A stretch of DNA of 64,000 nt, from positions 64,001 to 128,000 of the IMG/VR virus record IMGVR_UViG_3300020421_001669; one strand, 5' to 3'. This document shows positions 10,544 to 19,944 of the stretch, in pieces (the stretch's first letter is position 1; each line of letters begins with the position of its first letter). Position numbers and translations under genes: made by a program. The notes under the pieces were generated by a model. That model searched no databases. It was given only the letters and a program-made list of their open reading frames with translations, and was not told the origin of the DNA. This stretch comes from a virus.

Positions 10544-10962
10544 TAAGCGAACCAAAAATAATTATCTTTGATAGTGGACTACAGATAGTCGCTGATGTAG
10601 AAGAGACAGATAATCTTGATGCTCTCGGAAAACTTAAAGTTCATTTCCCTATGGAAATTATGAGAATGCCTGTGTCCATGACACATGAAGCATATTCTAT
10701 CAGACCGTGGATGTCATTCTCAGACGGAACTGAATTTGAAATTAATAAAAATAATATAGTTGCAATCGCGCCTTTAAGTGAGGGATATCGAGAAGGGTAT
10801 TATAATCTTAAAGATGGGTATTTCAACAAACCAGAAGGTTTGCCCTCCCCAGAATTAATTGATGAGTATGAAGAAGAGTGGGAAGAAAACCGAATGGATG
10901 AAGATACTATCAAAGAAATGATAGACGATATTATTGGAAGAAAGAAAAGGATATTACACTAG
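10540..10962 (+). CDS. Conserved-position hypothetical protein between uvsW and gp55
   Basis: Coupled ORF (ATGA overlap). Confidence 0.7.
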   Translation: MISEPKIIIFDSGLQIVADVEETDNLDALGKLKVHFPMEIMRMPVSMTHEAYSIRPWMSFSDGTEFEINKNNIVAIAPLSEGYREGYYNLKDGYFNKPEGLPSPELIDEYEEEWEENRMDEDTIKEMIDDIIGRKKRILH

Positions 10963-10988
10963 ATATAGCTATCCTTAGAGGACAACCA

Positions 10989-11018
10989 ATTATACACAAA
11001 ATTCCAAGCAGATGTCAA
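10989..11018 (-). promoter_or_regulatory. Minus-strand sigma70 promoter (antisense to the uvsW operon)
   Basis: Reverse complement reads TTGACA-N18-TATAAT with the TTGACATCTG extension shared by other promoters. Confidence 0.65.
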
Positions 11019-11041
11019 GTAAAATTTTATCTTTTTTTCGC

Positions 11042-11070
11042 TTGACTTTTGCATAACTTTACTATAGAAT
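11042..11070 (+). promoter_or_regulatory. Sigma70 promoter for gp55
   Basis: TTGACT-N17-TAGAAT. Confidence 0.75.
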
Positions 11071-11080
11071 GGGTAACATT

Positions 11081-11689
11081 ATGACTAAAAAATCAGAAAC
11101 TAATAGACACTATGTCAACAACAAGGAATTTCTTGCCGCTATGACCGAGTATCGGGAGTCCCGATTGGCCGCAGAGGAGAAGGGAGAATCCAAACCGCGT
11201 GTGACAGAGTACATTGGGGAGTGTTTTGTAAAAATCGCAAATCACTTGGCATACAAATCAAATTTTGTAAACTATACATTCAGAGAAGAAATGATTTTGG
11301 ATGGTATAGAAAACTGTATCACATACATTGATAACTTCAATCCAGAAAAGTCAAAGAATCCGTTTGCATATTTTACGCAGATTACATACTATGCTTTTCT
11401 AAGAAGGATACAAAAAGAAAAGAAACAACTTGACACTAAGTACAAGTACATCCAGAACCTTGACATGCAATCTATCATAGATGGTGAAGAGGGACAGGGT
11501 GGTGGTTCTGCTGATTTCATTGAATACATGAAGAAACAAATCGATGAAGCGGAAAAACATAATGCTCAATACGCAGAACAAGATAAGAAGGTTCCTAAAA
11601 GGCGTCCAAAATATCTGGATGACAAAGAAGCAATGAAGATGGCAAAGGAGAAAATACCAGAGTTGAAAGATGCAGAAAAAAGTACTTGA
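11081..11689 (+). CDS. 55: Late sigma factor gp55
   Basis: HYVNNKEFL, NFVNYTFREEMILDGIENC, NPFAYFTQI.YYAFLRRI. Confidence 0.96.
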   Translation: MTKKSETNRHYVNNKEFLAAMTEYRESRLAAEEKGESKPRVTEYIGECFVKIANHLAYKSNFVNYTFREEMILDGIENCITYIDNFNPEKSKNPFAYFTQITYYAFLRRIQKEKKQLDTKYKYIQNLDMQSIIDGEEGQGGGSADFIEYMKKQIDEAEKHNAQYAEQDKKVPKRRPKYLDDKEAMKMAKEKIPELKDAEKST

Positions 11690-11714
11690 CTTTTGCCCTC
11701 AGATAGCGTATAAT
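11686..11714 (+). promoter_or_regulatory. Sigma70 promoter for accessory cassette A
   Basis: TTGACT-N17-TATAAT. Confidence 0.8.
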
Positions 11715-11752
11715 GTTTAGTTATATAAAGTTTAATTGGAGTTTTCTTTATC

Positions 11753-12292
11753 ATGAACATATTTTATTTACATAAAACCCCTACCGTATCAGTAAAAATG
11801 CATTGCGACAAACATGTCGTGAAGATGGTTATTGAGTACGCTCAGTTATTGTCTACTGCCCATAGGATGTTGGATGGTACACAATGGATTGATGCATCTA
11901 GTGGTAGGAGAATCAAACGGTGGCGACTAGACAATTCCAACATGGATGGTGTCCTATACAAAGCGTCACATATCAATCACCCATCTGCTATATGGGTTCG
12001 TCAAAACAATTCCCAGTATCAATACATGTACAACATGTTTACTAATCTTTGTGATGAGTACACATACAGGTACGGTAAAATACACATGACTGATTCTAAG
12101 TTGCGTGAATTGTTATCCGAGACACCAAAGAACATACCAACTGGTTCTTGGGTTGAACCACCACAATGTATGCCAGATTACTGTAAACAGTCCAACGCTC
12201 TTGATGGGTACAGAACCTATTACAGAGAAGAGAAAAAGGGTTTCGCTAAGTGGACTAACCGCGATGTACCAGAGTTTATGAATGTCGCATGA
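11753..12292 (+). CDS. Pyrimidine-dimer DNA glycosylase/endonuclease V-like protein
   Basis: MNIFYL..HCDKHVVKM..EYAQLLSTAH, HINHPSAIW, PPQCMP, YRTYY family signature. Confidence 0.8.
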   Translation: MNIFYLHKTPTVSVKMHCDKHVVKMVIEYAQLLSTAHRMLDGTQWIDASSGRRIKRWRLDNSNMDGVLYKASHINHPSAIWVRQNNSQYQYMYNMFTNLCDEYTYRYGKIHMTDSKLRELLSETPKNIPTGSWVEPPQCMPDYCKQSNALDGYRTYYREEKKGFAKWTNRDVPEFMNVA

Positions 12293-13401
12293 TATTATCA
12301 AAAGAAGATACGATATATGCTAGTAAGATAGTTGTTGATTACTTCTCAAAGTTTGAGAGGATTGACGATTACTTTCGTGCAAGAAAAATCGAAAGGGTGA
12401 AGGCATTGCCTCCACCCCTTTTTGGTATGAGCGTAGAGGATGACATGTTCCAGAGTTGGGATATGCATCCAGAAGAAATGAATTTTGAAGTTGTTCAAAT
12501 GAACAACGAGGTGTTTGACCAGATGTTAGAGATGACTGCATCTTTTTCACCAGACCAAGCGCCAGGCAAAGAATTAAAACTGATTGTGAAGGAAACGAAT
12601 ACAAACACAGCAGTTGGTTTTATCAAGTTGGGGTCACCGTTAATAAACTCCAAACCAAGGAATGATTTTCTTGGTGGTGTCCCCGACTTGCCTATCTTCA
12701 ACAAGAGGGCAATCATGGGGTTTAATATAGTTCCAGTACAACCATTTGGATTTAATTATCTAGGTGGTAAGTTACTGGCTGCCATTTGTTGTTCACATGA
12801 AGTACGAAGGATGTTGAACAAGAAATATAATACAGAGTTCTGTTTGTTTGAGACTACATCTTTATATGGTAACATAAAGGGTGCTAGTATGTACGATGGT
12901 ATGAAACCCTTCCTAAGATACAAGGGAGATACCATGTCATCATTCTTACTGACTATGGGTGAAGAGATTTATTTTCATCTACGCGATTGGTTTGAAGAAA
13001 AGAATGGTGGTGAAGTTCTTATTCATAAAGGTGCATCTAGTAGAAAACTAAAATACCAAACAAAGATGATTCAAGTTCTCAAGGCAAATCTAAAAGAACA
13101 TGATACAAAAGCATATGAGATGTTTGATAGTGTAATCAAAAAGTCAACCGATGTGACCACACAAAAAAGATTTTATATGTCAGAGTACGGATACAAAAAT
13201 GTACGCGAAGTTCTTTTAGGTAAGACAGAAACACTAGAAAAGGCAGAAAACTTTGACAGGTTTGAACTAGAAAATGTCATTGATTGGTGGAGAAAGAAAG
13301 CCGTCAAAAGATATGACAACTTGGTATCAGATGGAAGAATACGAAAAGATTTGGAAGTCTGGAATTCTGAAACAATTGACAAAATAGATATAATAAGATG
13401 A
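12289..13401 (+). CDS. DUF4338/DruA-like protein
   Basis: VPVQPFGFNYLGGKLLAAICCSHEV...KY...FETTSLYG...SMYD recalls the DruA/DUF4338 core. Confidence 0.65.
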   Translation: MILSKEDTIYASKIVVDYFSKFERIDDYFRARKIERVKALPPPLFGMSVEDDMFQSWDMHPEEMNFEVVQMNNEVFDQMLEMTASFSPDQAPGKELKLIVKETNTNTAVGFIKLGSPLINSKPRNDFLGGVPDLPIFNKRAIMGFNIVPVQPFGFNYLGGKLLAAICCSHEVRRMLNKKYNTEFCLFETTSLYGNIKGASMYDGMKPFLRYKGDTMSSFLLTMGEEIYFHLRDWFEEKNGGEVLIHKGASSRKLKYQTKMIQVLKANLKEHDTKAYEMFDSVIKKSTDVTTQKRFYMSEYGYKNVREVLLGKTETLEKAENFDRFELENVIDWWRKKAVKRYDNLVSDGRIRKDLEVWNSETIDKIDIIR

Positions 13402-13649
13402 ACATAGAAATTTATTCAAAACCAGATTGTCCCTACTGTGACAGGGCAGTGTTTATTGCACAACAAATAATTCAAGAAACAACACACATCAAGTATGAAA
13501 AGAAAATGTTAGATGAAGATTTTACATTTGACGAATTACTTGAGAAATCACCCAACGCGAAAACCTTCCCACAGATATTTGTGGATGGTGAACTCATTGG
13601 TGGATTTAATGAATTTGAAAAAATGGAATGGTGGGCAGACAGACAATGA
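13398..13649 (+). CDS. Glutaredoxin
   Basis: CPYC, TFPQIF, IGGF. Confidence 0.93.
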   Translation: MNIEIYSKPDCPYCDRAVFIAQQIIQETTHIKYEKKMLDEDFTFDELLEKSPNAKTFPQIFVDGELIGGFNEFEKMEWWADRQ

Positions 13650-14053
13650 AAATAGGATTCACTTGCGGTGCATTTGATTTACTACACGCTGGTCATGTTG
13701 TTATGCTTCAAGAAGCAAAAAACAATTGTGACTTTTTAATTGTGGGATTACAAACAGACCCCACACTGGATAGGTCAGACAAAAACAAACCTGTTCAAAG
13801 TATATACGAAAGATATATTCAGTTGCATGGTATAGAAGCTGTAGATGAAGTTATACCATATGACAGAGAAGCATCTTTGATGGATATACTAACCACAAAA
13901 CCAATTGATATAAGATTTGTAGGCGAAGAATATAAAGATAAACAATTTACAGGACAACACTTGGATATAGAAATTTATTATACAAGTAGGACACACACTT
14001 TTTCTTCTACAGATTTGAGGAAACGAGTACAGAATGCTCCTAAACCAAAATGA
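13646..14053 (+). CDS. Cytidylyltransferase (TagD/RfaE-type HxGH)
   Basis: GAFDLLHAGH, C-terminal RT..FSST. Confidence 0.9.
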   Translation: MKIGFTCGAFDLLHAGHVVMLQEAKNNCDFLIVGLQTDPTLDRSDKNKPVQSIYERYIQLHGIEAVDEVIPYDREASLMDILTTKPIDIRFVGEEYKDKQFTGQHLDIEIYYTSRTHTFSSTDLRKRVQNAPKPK

Positions 14054-14366
14054 TATTGGTGGATATGTTGCTAAGGAAGACGATAGGTATATCGTCAAGG
14101 ACAATCCTTTTGGCAACACACTAGTAATTAGTAGTACGCGACTGCATGGTGGACAGGAAACCACTGGACACGAACATGATGGTCAAGAAGAGGTATATTT
14201 TTTTATTGAAGGTGAAGGTATCATAGAATTGGATTCTTTATACACCCATGTTAAGGCTGGTGATATAGTTCCAATCCAAGATGGTGTCTTTCACAAAGTT
14301 TATAATAGTTCAGATGACAATGATTTATATTTCATTTGTGTGTTTGACGGAAAGAGAAGAGTATGA
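14034..14366 (+). CDS. Cupin domain protein
   Basis: GHEHDGQEEVYFFIEGEG ... GDIVPIQDGVFHKV. Confidence 0.88.
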   Translation: MLLNQNDIGGYVAKEDDRYIVKDNPFGNTLVISSTRLHGGQETTGHEHDGQEEVYFFIEGEGIIELDSLYTHVKAGDIVPIQDGVFHKVYNSSDDNDLYFICVFDGKRRV

Positions 14367-15349
14367 AAATAACATGTGCTAGATTGCGGTCTAATGTAAA
14401 GTATGAAGGCCCACTACAAACGGTACTAGATAGTTTCTTAGAGAACTATGTAAAGTGGATGAGGGCAAACCCCCAACACCAGTACGATACATATAACATA
14501 TCCTTTGATGGTACAAGACCTAAAAGAACACCAGAGACAATAGAATGGGCTGACGCGATAGTAATCCCTAGTGATAGTGAGTTTAGATATCATGGTGAGT
14601 TACAAATGAATCCAAAAGACTTGGCGAAGTCACAGTCTCACATGGATAACATTATACCATTCTTCAAGGACAAACATGTCATTGTCATGAGAAGTGATAG
14701 GGGTGATACTGAACAACTATATAGAGAAGAGACACTACAGAATGTTCCAATAAAATCTTACACAGAGATTGATGAGATTGATTTTCCAGGCAACATTCAT
14801 GGAATGAAGTATCACTTTATAAGAAACAAATTTGGTAACCCACTATTCACTACGGCAAAGAGAACTGACTTTGGATATTGGGGGCGCATGAAGACAGGAT
14901 GTGACCGCGATAAAATTATTAGAAAGATTTACCGTGACCCAGATTTAACCACTTGTTTGATTGGTGGATTTCCATCTGGTATTCAAAGACAATCATCGTG
15001 GATAAAGGATTGGAACCAATTGTATCCCATGTTAGAACCATGTAGATGGACACTGTGTTTCAATTGGAAGGATGAGACTGCTACCACCTCTAGGTATGTA
15101 GAGGCACTTGCAATTGGAATGATACCATTTGTCTGGCAACAATACGACAAGAACAATACATACAACATAGACCCTTGGCAAAGAATAGAAGACTTTGATG
15201 ATTTAAAATCTAAGGTCATGGAACTGAGGGATGAAAGTGTACTAGAGAGAAAACTTGAATTGTATAGAATGAACTATAATGAGAAACTATTATCCCTTGG
15301 TGGATACTACGATATTTTTAAAGGAAAAATGAACAAGGTTATTACATGA
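14363..15349 (+). CDS. GT-B glycosyltransferase, T4 beta-glucosyltransferase-like
   Basis: Resembles T4 Bgt as recalled: MKI..., D..Y.G...R motif, TSRYVEALA, C-terminal ..V.EL....L; sits at the T4 a-gt position between genes 55 and 47. Confidence 0.65.
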   Translation: MKITCARLRSNVKYEGPLQTVLDSFLENYVKWMRANPQHQYDTYNISFDGTRPKRTPETIEWADAIVIPSDSEFRYHGELQMNPKDLAKSQSHMDNIIPFFKDKHVIVMRSDRGDTEQLYREETLQNVPIKSYTEIDEIDFPGNIHGMKYHFIRNKFGNPLFTTAKRTDFGYWGRMKTGCDRDKIIRKIYRDPDLTTCLIGGFPSGIQRQSSWIKDWNQLYPMLEPCRWTLCFNWKDETATTSRYVEALAIGMIPFVWQQYDKNNTYNIDPWQRIEDFDDLKSKVMELRDESVLERKLELYRMNYNEKLLSLGGYYDIFKGKMNKVIT

Positions 15350-16398
15350 AGATTGCTCTAGTTAACGATACACACTTTGGTGCGAGGTCAGACAGTTTAC
15401 CGTTTGATGCGTACTTTAAGAAATTCTATGATGAGTTTTTCTTTCCCACTCTCGCGGAAAAAGAAATCAAGACTGTCATGCATTTGGGTGATATCTTTGA
15501 TAGAAGAAAGTATATGAATTATAACACACTTAAAAGTTGTAAGGAGTATTTCTTTGACCAAGCAAAAGACCTAAATATAGATATGCATGTGGTGCCTGGC
15601 AACCACGATACATATTTTAAAAACACTAACAATGTCAACGCGCCAGAACTTCTACTGCAAGAGTATGAAAATGTCAAAGTATATCCCGAAATTACTGAAC
15701 TGGAATTCGATAACAGAAAGATTCTATTCGTTCCTTGGATATGTAGCGATAACTATAGTAGTACTATGGAAATGGTCGGCAGAACAGACGCAAAAGTTTG
15801 TTTCGGACATTTCGAGTTTTCTGGGTTCCAAATGTACGCAGGCATGCCGAATGAGCATGGAATGGATCATACTGCCTTTGAGCACTTTGATTTGGTTTGC
15901 AGTGGTCATTACCACCATCGTAGTAGCAGGGATAATGTGGTCTATCTTGGTAATCCTTATGAAATTACATGGTCGGATTTTAATGATGCACGAGGGTTTA
16001 ATATCTATGACACAGAAACGAATGAATTAGAGTTCATGCAAAATCCTTATAGAATGTTTCATAAGATATTCTATAATGATGTTGACGATAATGTTGAGTA
16101 TGATTTGACAGGATTAGTTGGGGGATGTGTAAAGGTCATCGTAGTAAAGAAAGAAAACTTTACAAAGTTTGATAAACTTATTGACTCTTTGTATAGTTGT
16201 AATCTAGTAGAACTGAAAATTATCGAAGACTTCTCAGAGTTTGAGGATAATGCTGTTGGGGATATAGATTTAAAACTGGATGATACCATTACATTGTTAA
16301 ATGATTATGTTGATAACACTGTCACTGATTTAGATAAGGACAGGTTAAAGTCTCTACTACAAACGCTGTATGTAGAGGCACAACATCACGAGAATTAA
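15346..16398 (+). CDS. 47: Recombination endonuclease subunit (Mre11-like)
   Basis: DTHFG, GDIFDRR, GNHD, GHFE, SGHYH. Confidence 0.95.
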   Translation: MKIALVNDTHFGARSDSLPFDAYFKKFYDEFFFPTLAEKEIKTVMHLGDIFDRRKYMNYNTLKSCKEYFFDQAKDLNIDMHVVPGNHDTYFKNTNNVNAPELLLQEYENVKVYPEITELEFDNRKILFVPWICSDNYSSTMEMVGRTDAKVCFGHFEFSGFQMYAGMPNEHGMDHTAFEHFDLVCSGHYHHRSSRDNVVYLGNPYEITWSDFNDARGFNIYDTETNELEFMQNPYRMFHKIFYNDVDDNVEYDLTGLVGGCVKVIVVKKENFTKFDKLIDSLYSCNLVELKIIEDFSEFEDNAVGDIDLKLDDTITLLNDYVDNTVTDLDKDRLKSLLQTLYVEAQHHEN

Positions 16399-16401
16399 TT
16401 T

Positions 16402-18072
16402 ATGATTTTATTTGAAAAGATAAGATGGAAAAACTTTCTGTCTACAGGGAATAGTTTTACCGAAATAGAGTTTAATCGAAGTCCAAGTACATTGGTAGTT
16501 GGTGAGAATGGAAGTGGTAAATCCACAATGCTTGATGCTGTTTGTTTTGCATTGTTCAATAAACCATTTCGTAAGATTAGTAAGACACAACTAATCAACT
16601 CTATCAATAACAAAAAACTGATAGTTGAGATTGAGTTCAGAGTAGGACAGAAAGAATTCAAAGTCATTCGCGGTGTAAAACCAAGTGTGTTTGAATTGTA
16701 TTGTGACGGACAGATGTTAGACCAAGATGCTGCTGTAAGAGATACACAAAAATATCTTGAAGAAAGTATTCTCAAGATGAACTTTAAATCTTTTACACAG
16801 ATTGTTATACTGGGTAGTGCTTCATTTACACCATTCATGCAGTTGCCTACAGCATCTCGCCGTGAAATTATTGAAGACATCCTAGACATTGAAATATTTA
16901 CAACGATGAATCAAGTCTTGAGAGATAAGATTGCTGTTCTAAGGGATGAGATTAGAGATGTAGAAACAGAAGTAGAGGTAGCAAAGTCGAAGGCCAATGT
17001 TCAAAGAAAATATATTGACCAGTTGGAACGCGACAAAAAAATTAAAGTCGATAAAATTAAGGAGAAAATAGATGAAATCATCGAGGCGTCTACTGAACTT
17101 GAAATCAAACTTTCAGAGGCAACAGCAGAGAAGGAGAGTTATGATGATCCAAAGCAACGCAAACAAAAACTGGATACTCTCAAAGACAAACTCGACTCCA
17201 ATCTCAGAAAGGCAAGAAAAGAACTCGACTTCTACCACAACACAGAAGAGTGTCCAACCTGTAAACAAGGACTAACTCACGATTTCAAAGAAGAAAAACA
17301 AAAAGAAAAGTCTGATAGGATAGGTGAGTTAGAGGAAGGATTAGAAAATATGAATTCCGAATATGATTCTGTTTATGAGGCAATGGAAAAGTATGACTCT
17401 ATATCTACGGTAATACAAGAAACACAAAGTGAAATTATTACACAGGAAAGATATCGAAATAGAATGACGCTGGAATTGAATGAAGCAGAAACTAATGTTG
17501 CAGACATCGATGAAGAAAAAAGTAAACTTAAAGATTTAGCAGTTGACTTGACAACAAAAAATAAATTGAAAACTGATAAGGGTGAGGAACAACATTACAA
17601 TACTGCTGCTACTAGTCTGCTCAAGGATACAGGAATTAAGACTAGAGTTATAAGACAGTATCTACCAATCATCAATCAGTTGGTAAATAAATATTTGGCC
17701 GCGATGGATTTCTTTGTTCACTTTGACTTGGATGAAAAGTTCAATGAGACAATAAAGTCCAGACATAGAGACAAGTTTTCTTACTCTAGTTTTAGTGAGG
17801 GTGAGAAACAAAGAATAGACTTGGCATTACTATTCACATGGCGAACAATTGCTAAGATGAAGAACAGTGCCAGTACCAACCTGTTATTACTTGATGAAGT
17901 ATTTGACAGTTCCTTGGATAACAATGGTGTTGATTATGTAATGAACCTATTGAGTACCATAGGAGAGGAAACCAATGTGTTTGTGATTTCTCACAAAGGT
18001 GACCAGTTGTTTGATAAATTTAGAAATCAGATTAAATTTGAAAAGATTAGAAACTATAGTGTGATGTCATGA
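16402..18072 (+). CDS. 46: Recombination endonuclease ATPase subunit (Rad50-like)
   Basis: GENGSGKS, CPTC zinc hook, FSEGEK, LDEVFD. Confidence 0.96.
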   Translation: MILFEKIRWKNFLSTGNSFTEIEFNRSPSTLVVGENGSGKSTMLDAVCFALFNKPFRKISKTQLINSINNKKLIVEIEFRVGQKEFKVIRGVKPSVFELYCDGQMLDQDAAVRDTQKYLEESILKMNFKSFTQIVILGSASFTPFMQLPTASRREIIEDILDIEIFTTMNQVLRDKIAVLRDEIRDVETEVEVAKSKANVQRKYIDQLERDKKIKVDKIKEKIDEIIEASTELEIKLSEATAEKESYDDPKQRKQKLDTLKDKLDSNLRKARKELDFYHNTEECPTCKQGLTHDFKEEKQKEKSDRIGELEEGLENMNSEYDSVYEAMEKYDSISTVIQETQSEIITQERYRNRMTLELNEAETNVADIDEEKSKLKDLAVDLTTKNKLKTDKGEEQHYNTAATSLLKDTGIKTRVIRQYLPIINQLVNKYLAAMDFFVHFDLDEKFNETIKSRHRDKFSYSSFSEGEKQRIDLALLFTWRTIAKMKNSASTNLLLLDEVFDSSLDNNGVDYVMNLLSTIGEETNVFVISHKGDQLFDKFRNQIKFEKIRNYSVMS

Positions 18073-18602
18073 GTGAATTAGAATTATTACCATTAAACCA
18101 TCCAATGATGAAGGTTCCACCAAATGAGTTTGATTTTGAAAAAGAAGATGCAAAGGAACTCGCTGACCTAATTTGGAAGAGACAAAGAGAACTTGGTGGG
18201 GCAGGATTGTCAGCAAACCAAGTGGGACGCAATGCAAAAATGTTTACTATGGGTGTAGACAGGGGTGAAGACTATAACTATAAAAGAGTATTGTTTAATC
18301 CACAGTTAACCGCGTATAGTGAAGAGACCGATGTCATGGAAGAAGGGTGTCTCTCGGCGCCTGGCATCACGCTGATGGTGCGTAGACCTATCAAGTGTAC
18401 CATGAGTTACAAAAACGAAGACAATGAAATGGTGTTGGAAGAGTTCGATGGTCTGTGGGCCAGAGTTGCATTACACGAGTATGACCACATGTTAGGTCAA
18501 AACTTTACTCAAAGAGTATCTAAAATTAAATTGGACAGAGCCATAAAAAAGGCAAAAAAATTCCACAAAAAATTAAAACGAGCTATTGAAAATAATAAAT
18601 AG
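18069..18602 (+). CDS. def: Peptide deformylase
   Basis: GAGLSANQVG, EGCLS, HEYDH. Confidence 0.93.
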   Translation: MSELELLPLNHPMMKVPPNEFDFEKEDAKELADLIWKRQRELGGAGLSANQVGRNAKMFTMGVDRGEDYNYKRVLFNPQLTAYSEETDVMEEGCLSAPGITLMVRRPIKCTMSYKNEDNEMVLEEFDGLWARVALHEYDHMLGQNFTQRVSKIKLDRAIKKAKKFHKKLKRAIENNK

Positions 18603-18629
18603 TATCACATATGAATAGAGACTGTAACT

Positions 18630-19106
18630 ATGGCCTATAGTAAGGAAGTAGTAAAAAGGTTTGAAGAAGTAACCAATAATCCACAAGCACATGGCGTAGG
18701 TAGATTTGACCCTAACGACCCACATGTTGCTACAGGACTCACTGGAGCGCCTGCCTGTGGTGATGTTATGAAGTTAGATTTAAAACTTGACCCAGAAACA
18801 GATGAAATTTTAGATGTCAAGTTTAAAACATATGGATGTGGTAGTGCTATTGCTAGTTCTAGTATGTTTGTTGAAATGCTAACAGGACTTACAATCCAAC
18901 AGGCAAAAGAAATAAAGGATAAAGATATTGCGGATGCACTTGAATTACCACCCATTAAAATACATTGTTCTGTATTAGCAGAAGATAGTATTAAAAGAGC
19001 TATTCAAGATTGGGAAGAAAAGAAAGCAGGCCGTAACTCTACTTGGTTAGAGAAAATGGGTGCTAAACCTAGAGAGGGAGAAAAAATTGCGGATAACATT
19101 AACTGA
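18630..19106 (+). CDS. iscU: Fe-S scaffold IscU
   Basis: GAPACGDVMKL, KTYGCGSAIASSS, LPPIKIHCSVLAED. Confidence 0.95.
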   Translation: MAYSKEVVKRFEEVTNNPQAHGVGRFDPNDPHVATGLTGAPACGDVMKLDLKLDPETDEILDVKFKTYGCGSAIASSSMFVEMLTGLTIQQAKEIKDKDIADALELPPIKIHCSVLAEDSIKRAIQDWEEKKAGRNSTWLEKMGAKPREGEKIADNIN

Positions 19107-19410
19107 AGATGCTAAGAAATATTGGACAAGACTTTTAGATGAGAAACCTAGTGCAAAGTATGTACGGTTGGGCGTCAAAGGTGGCGGCTGTGCCGGATTC
19201 TCATATACATGGGACTATACTGATAATTCTGATCGTGGTGTTTTAATTGATGATATCTTAGTTGTAGATGACTACGCGGAAATGTTCTTGCATGGTAGTG
19301 AGATAGTATTTGAAAAAGACCTAGGCGGGTCTCACATTCAAGTAACCAATCCAAATGAAGTAAGTGCCTGTGGTTGTGGAGAGAGTATACAATTCTCAAC
19401 CGCAGTATAG
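19087..19410 (+). CDS. iscA: A-type Fe-S carrier IscA/HesB family
   Basis: GGGCAGFSY and NPN...CGCGES; probable TTG start. Confidence 0.9.
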   Translation: MRITLTEDAKKYWTRLLDEKPSAKYVRLGVKGGGCAGFSYTWDYTDNSDRGVLIDDILVVDDYAEMFLHGSEIVFEKDLGGSHIQVTNPNEVSACGCGESIQFSTAV

Positions 19411-19419
19411 GAGCGAATT

Positions 19420-19569
19420 ATTAACGAGAAAGAACTTGAACAATGGGTAAAAGATAATCCCATTCTAGCCAATGCTGTATTTCCATCATGTGTAGTCTTA
19501 GGGGCAGTGACAATACAGGCTGGTTTAATATTATTAATTGATTGGATGTTATATATCCATTCATTCTAG
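19420..19569 (+). CDS. Small membrane protein (ATT start or iscA readthrough)
   Basis: Open frame NEKELEQWVKDNPILANAVFPSCVVLGAVTIQAGLILLIDWMLYIHSF fills the gap; AGGAG upstream; no canonical start near its 5' end. Confidence 0.4.
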   Translation: MNEKELEQWVKDNPILANAVFPSCVVLGAVTIQAGLILLIDWMLYIHSF

Positions 19570-19578
19570 GAGAGAAAC

Positions 19579-19944
19579 ATGGCAGATGATTTTGATTTTG
19601 GGTTTACCGCAGTAGACGATATACCAGCAGGAGAAAGACAAGAAGCTCCTGTACAGGCGGAAATCCCTTCAGACCAGATAGATAAGATAATGGATAAACT
19701 AGAACAGTTAGAGTCTAGGATTTTATCAGCAGACAATTCTGGTATGATAAATGAACACAGAGCTTTGGTAGAAAGTGATGTCGCTAATAAACTACGCGAT
19801 GCAGAAGACTTGATACTACCATTGTTGAAAAATCTCAAAAGAAATCCAGAGAAAGATTACATCCACTGGCCGAACAGGGATGTAATTATCGATAAACAAA
19901 TCGAAAGGATACAGGCAGTCACGCGATACTTTGAGCGTATATAA
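19579..19944 (+). CDS. Hypothetical protein
   Basis: AGGAG SD; DDFDFGFTAVD and KNPEKDYIHWPNR-type motifs typical of T4-like marine phages. Confidence 0.75.
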   Translation: MADDFDFGFTAVDDIPAGERQEAPVQAEIPSDQIDKIMDKLEQLESRILSADNSGMINEHRALVESDVANKLRDAEDLILPLLKNLKRNPEKDYIHWPNRDVIIDKQIERIQAVTRYFERI

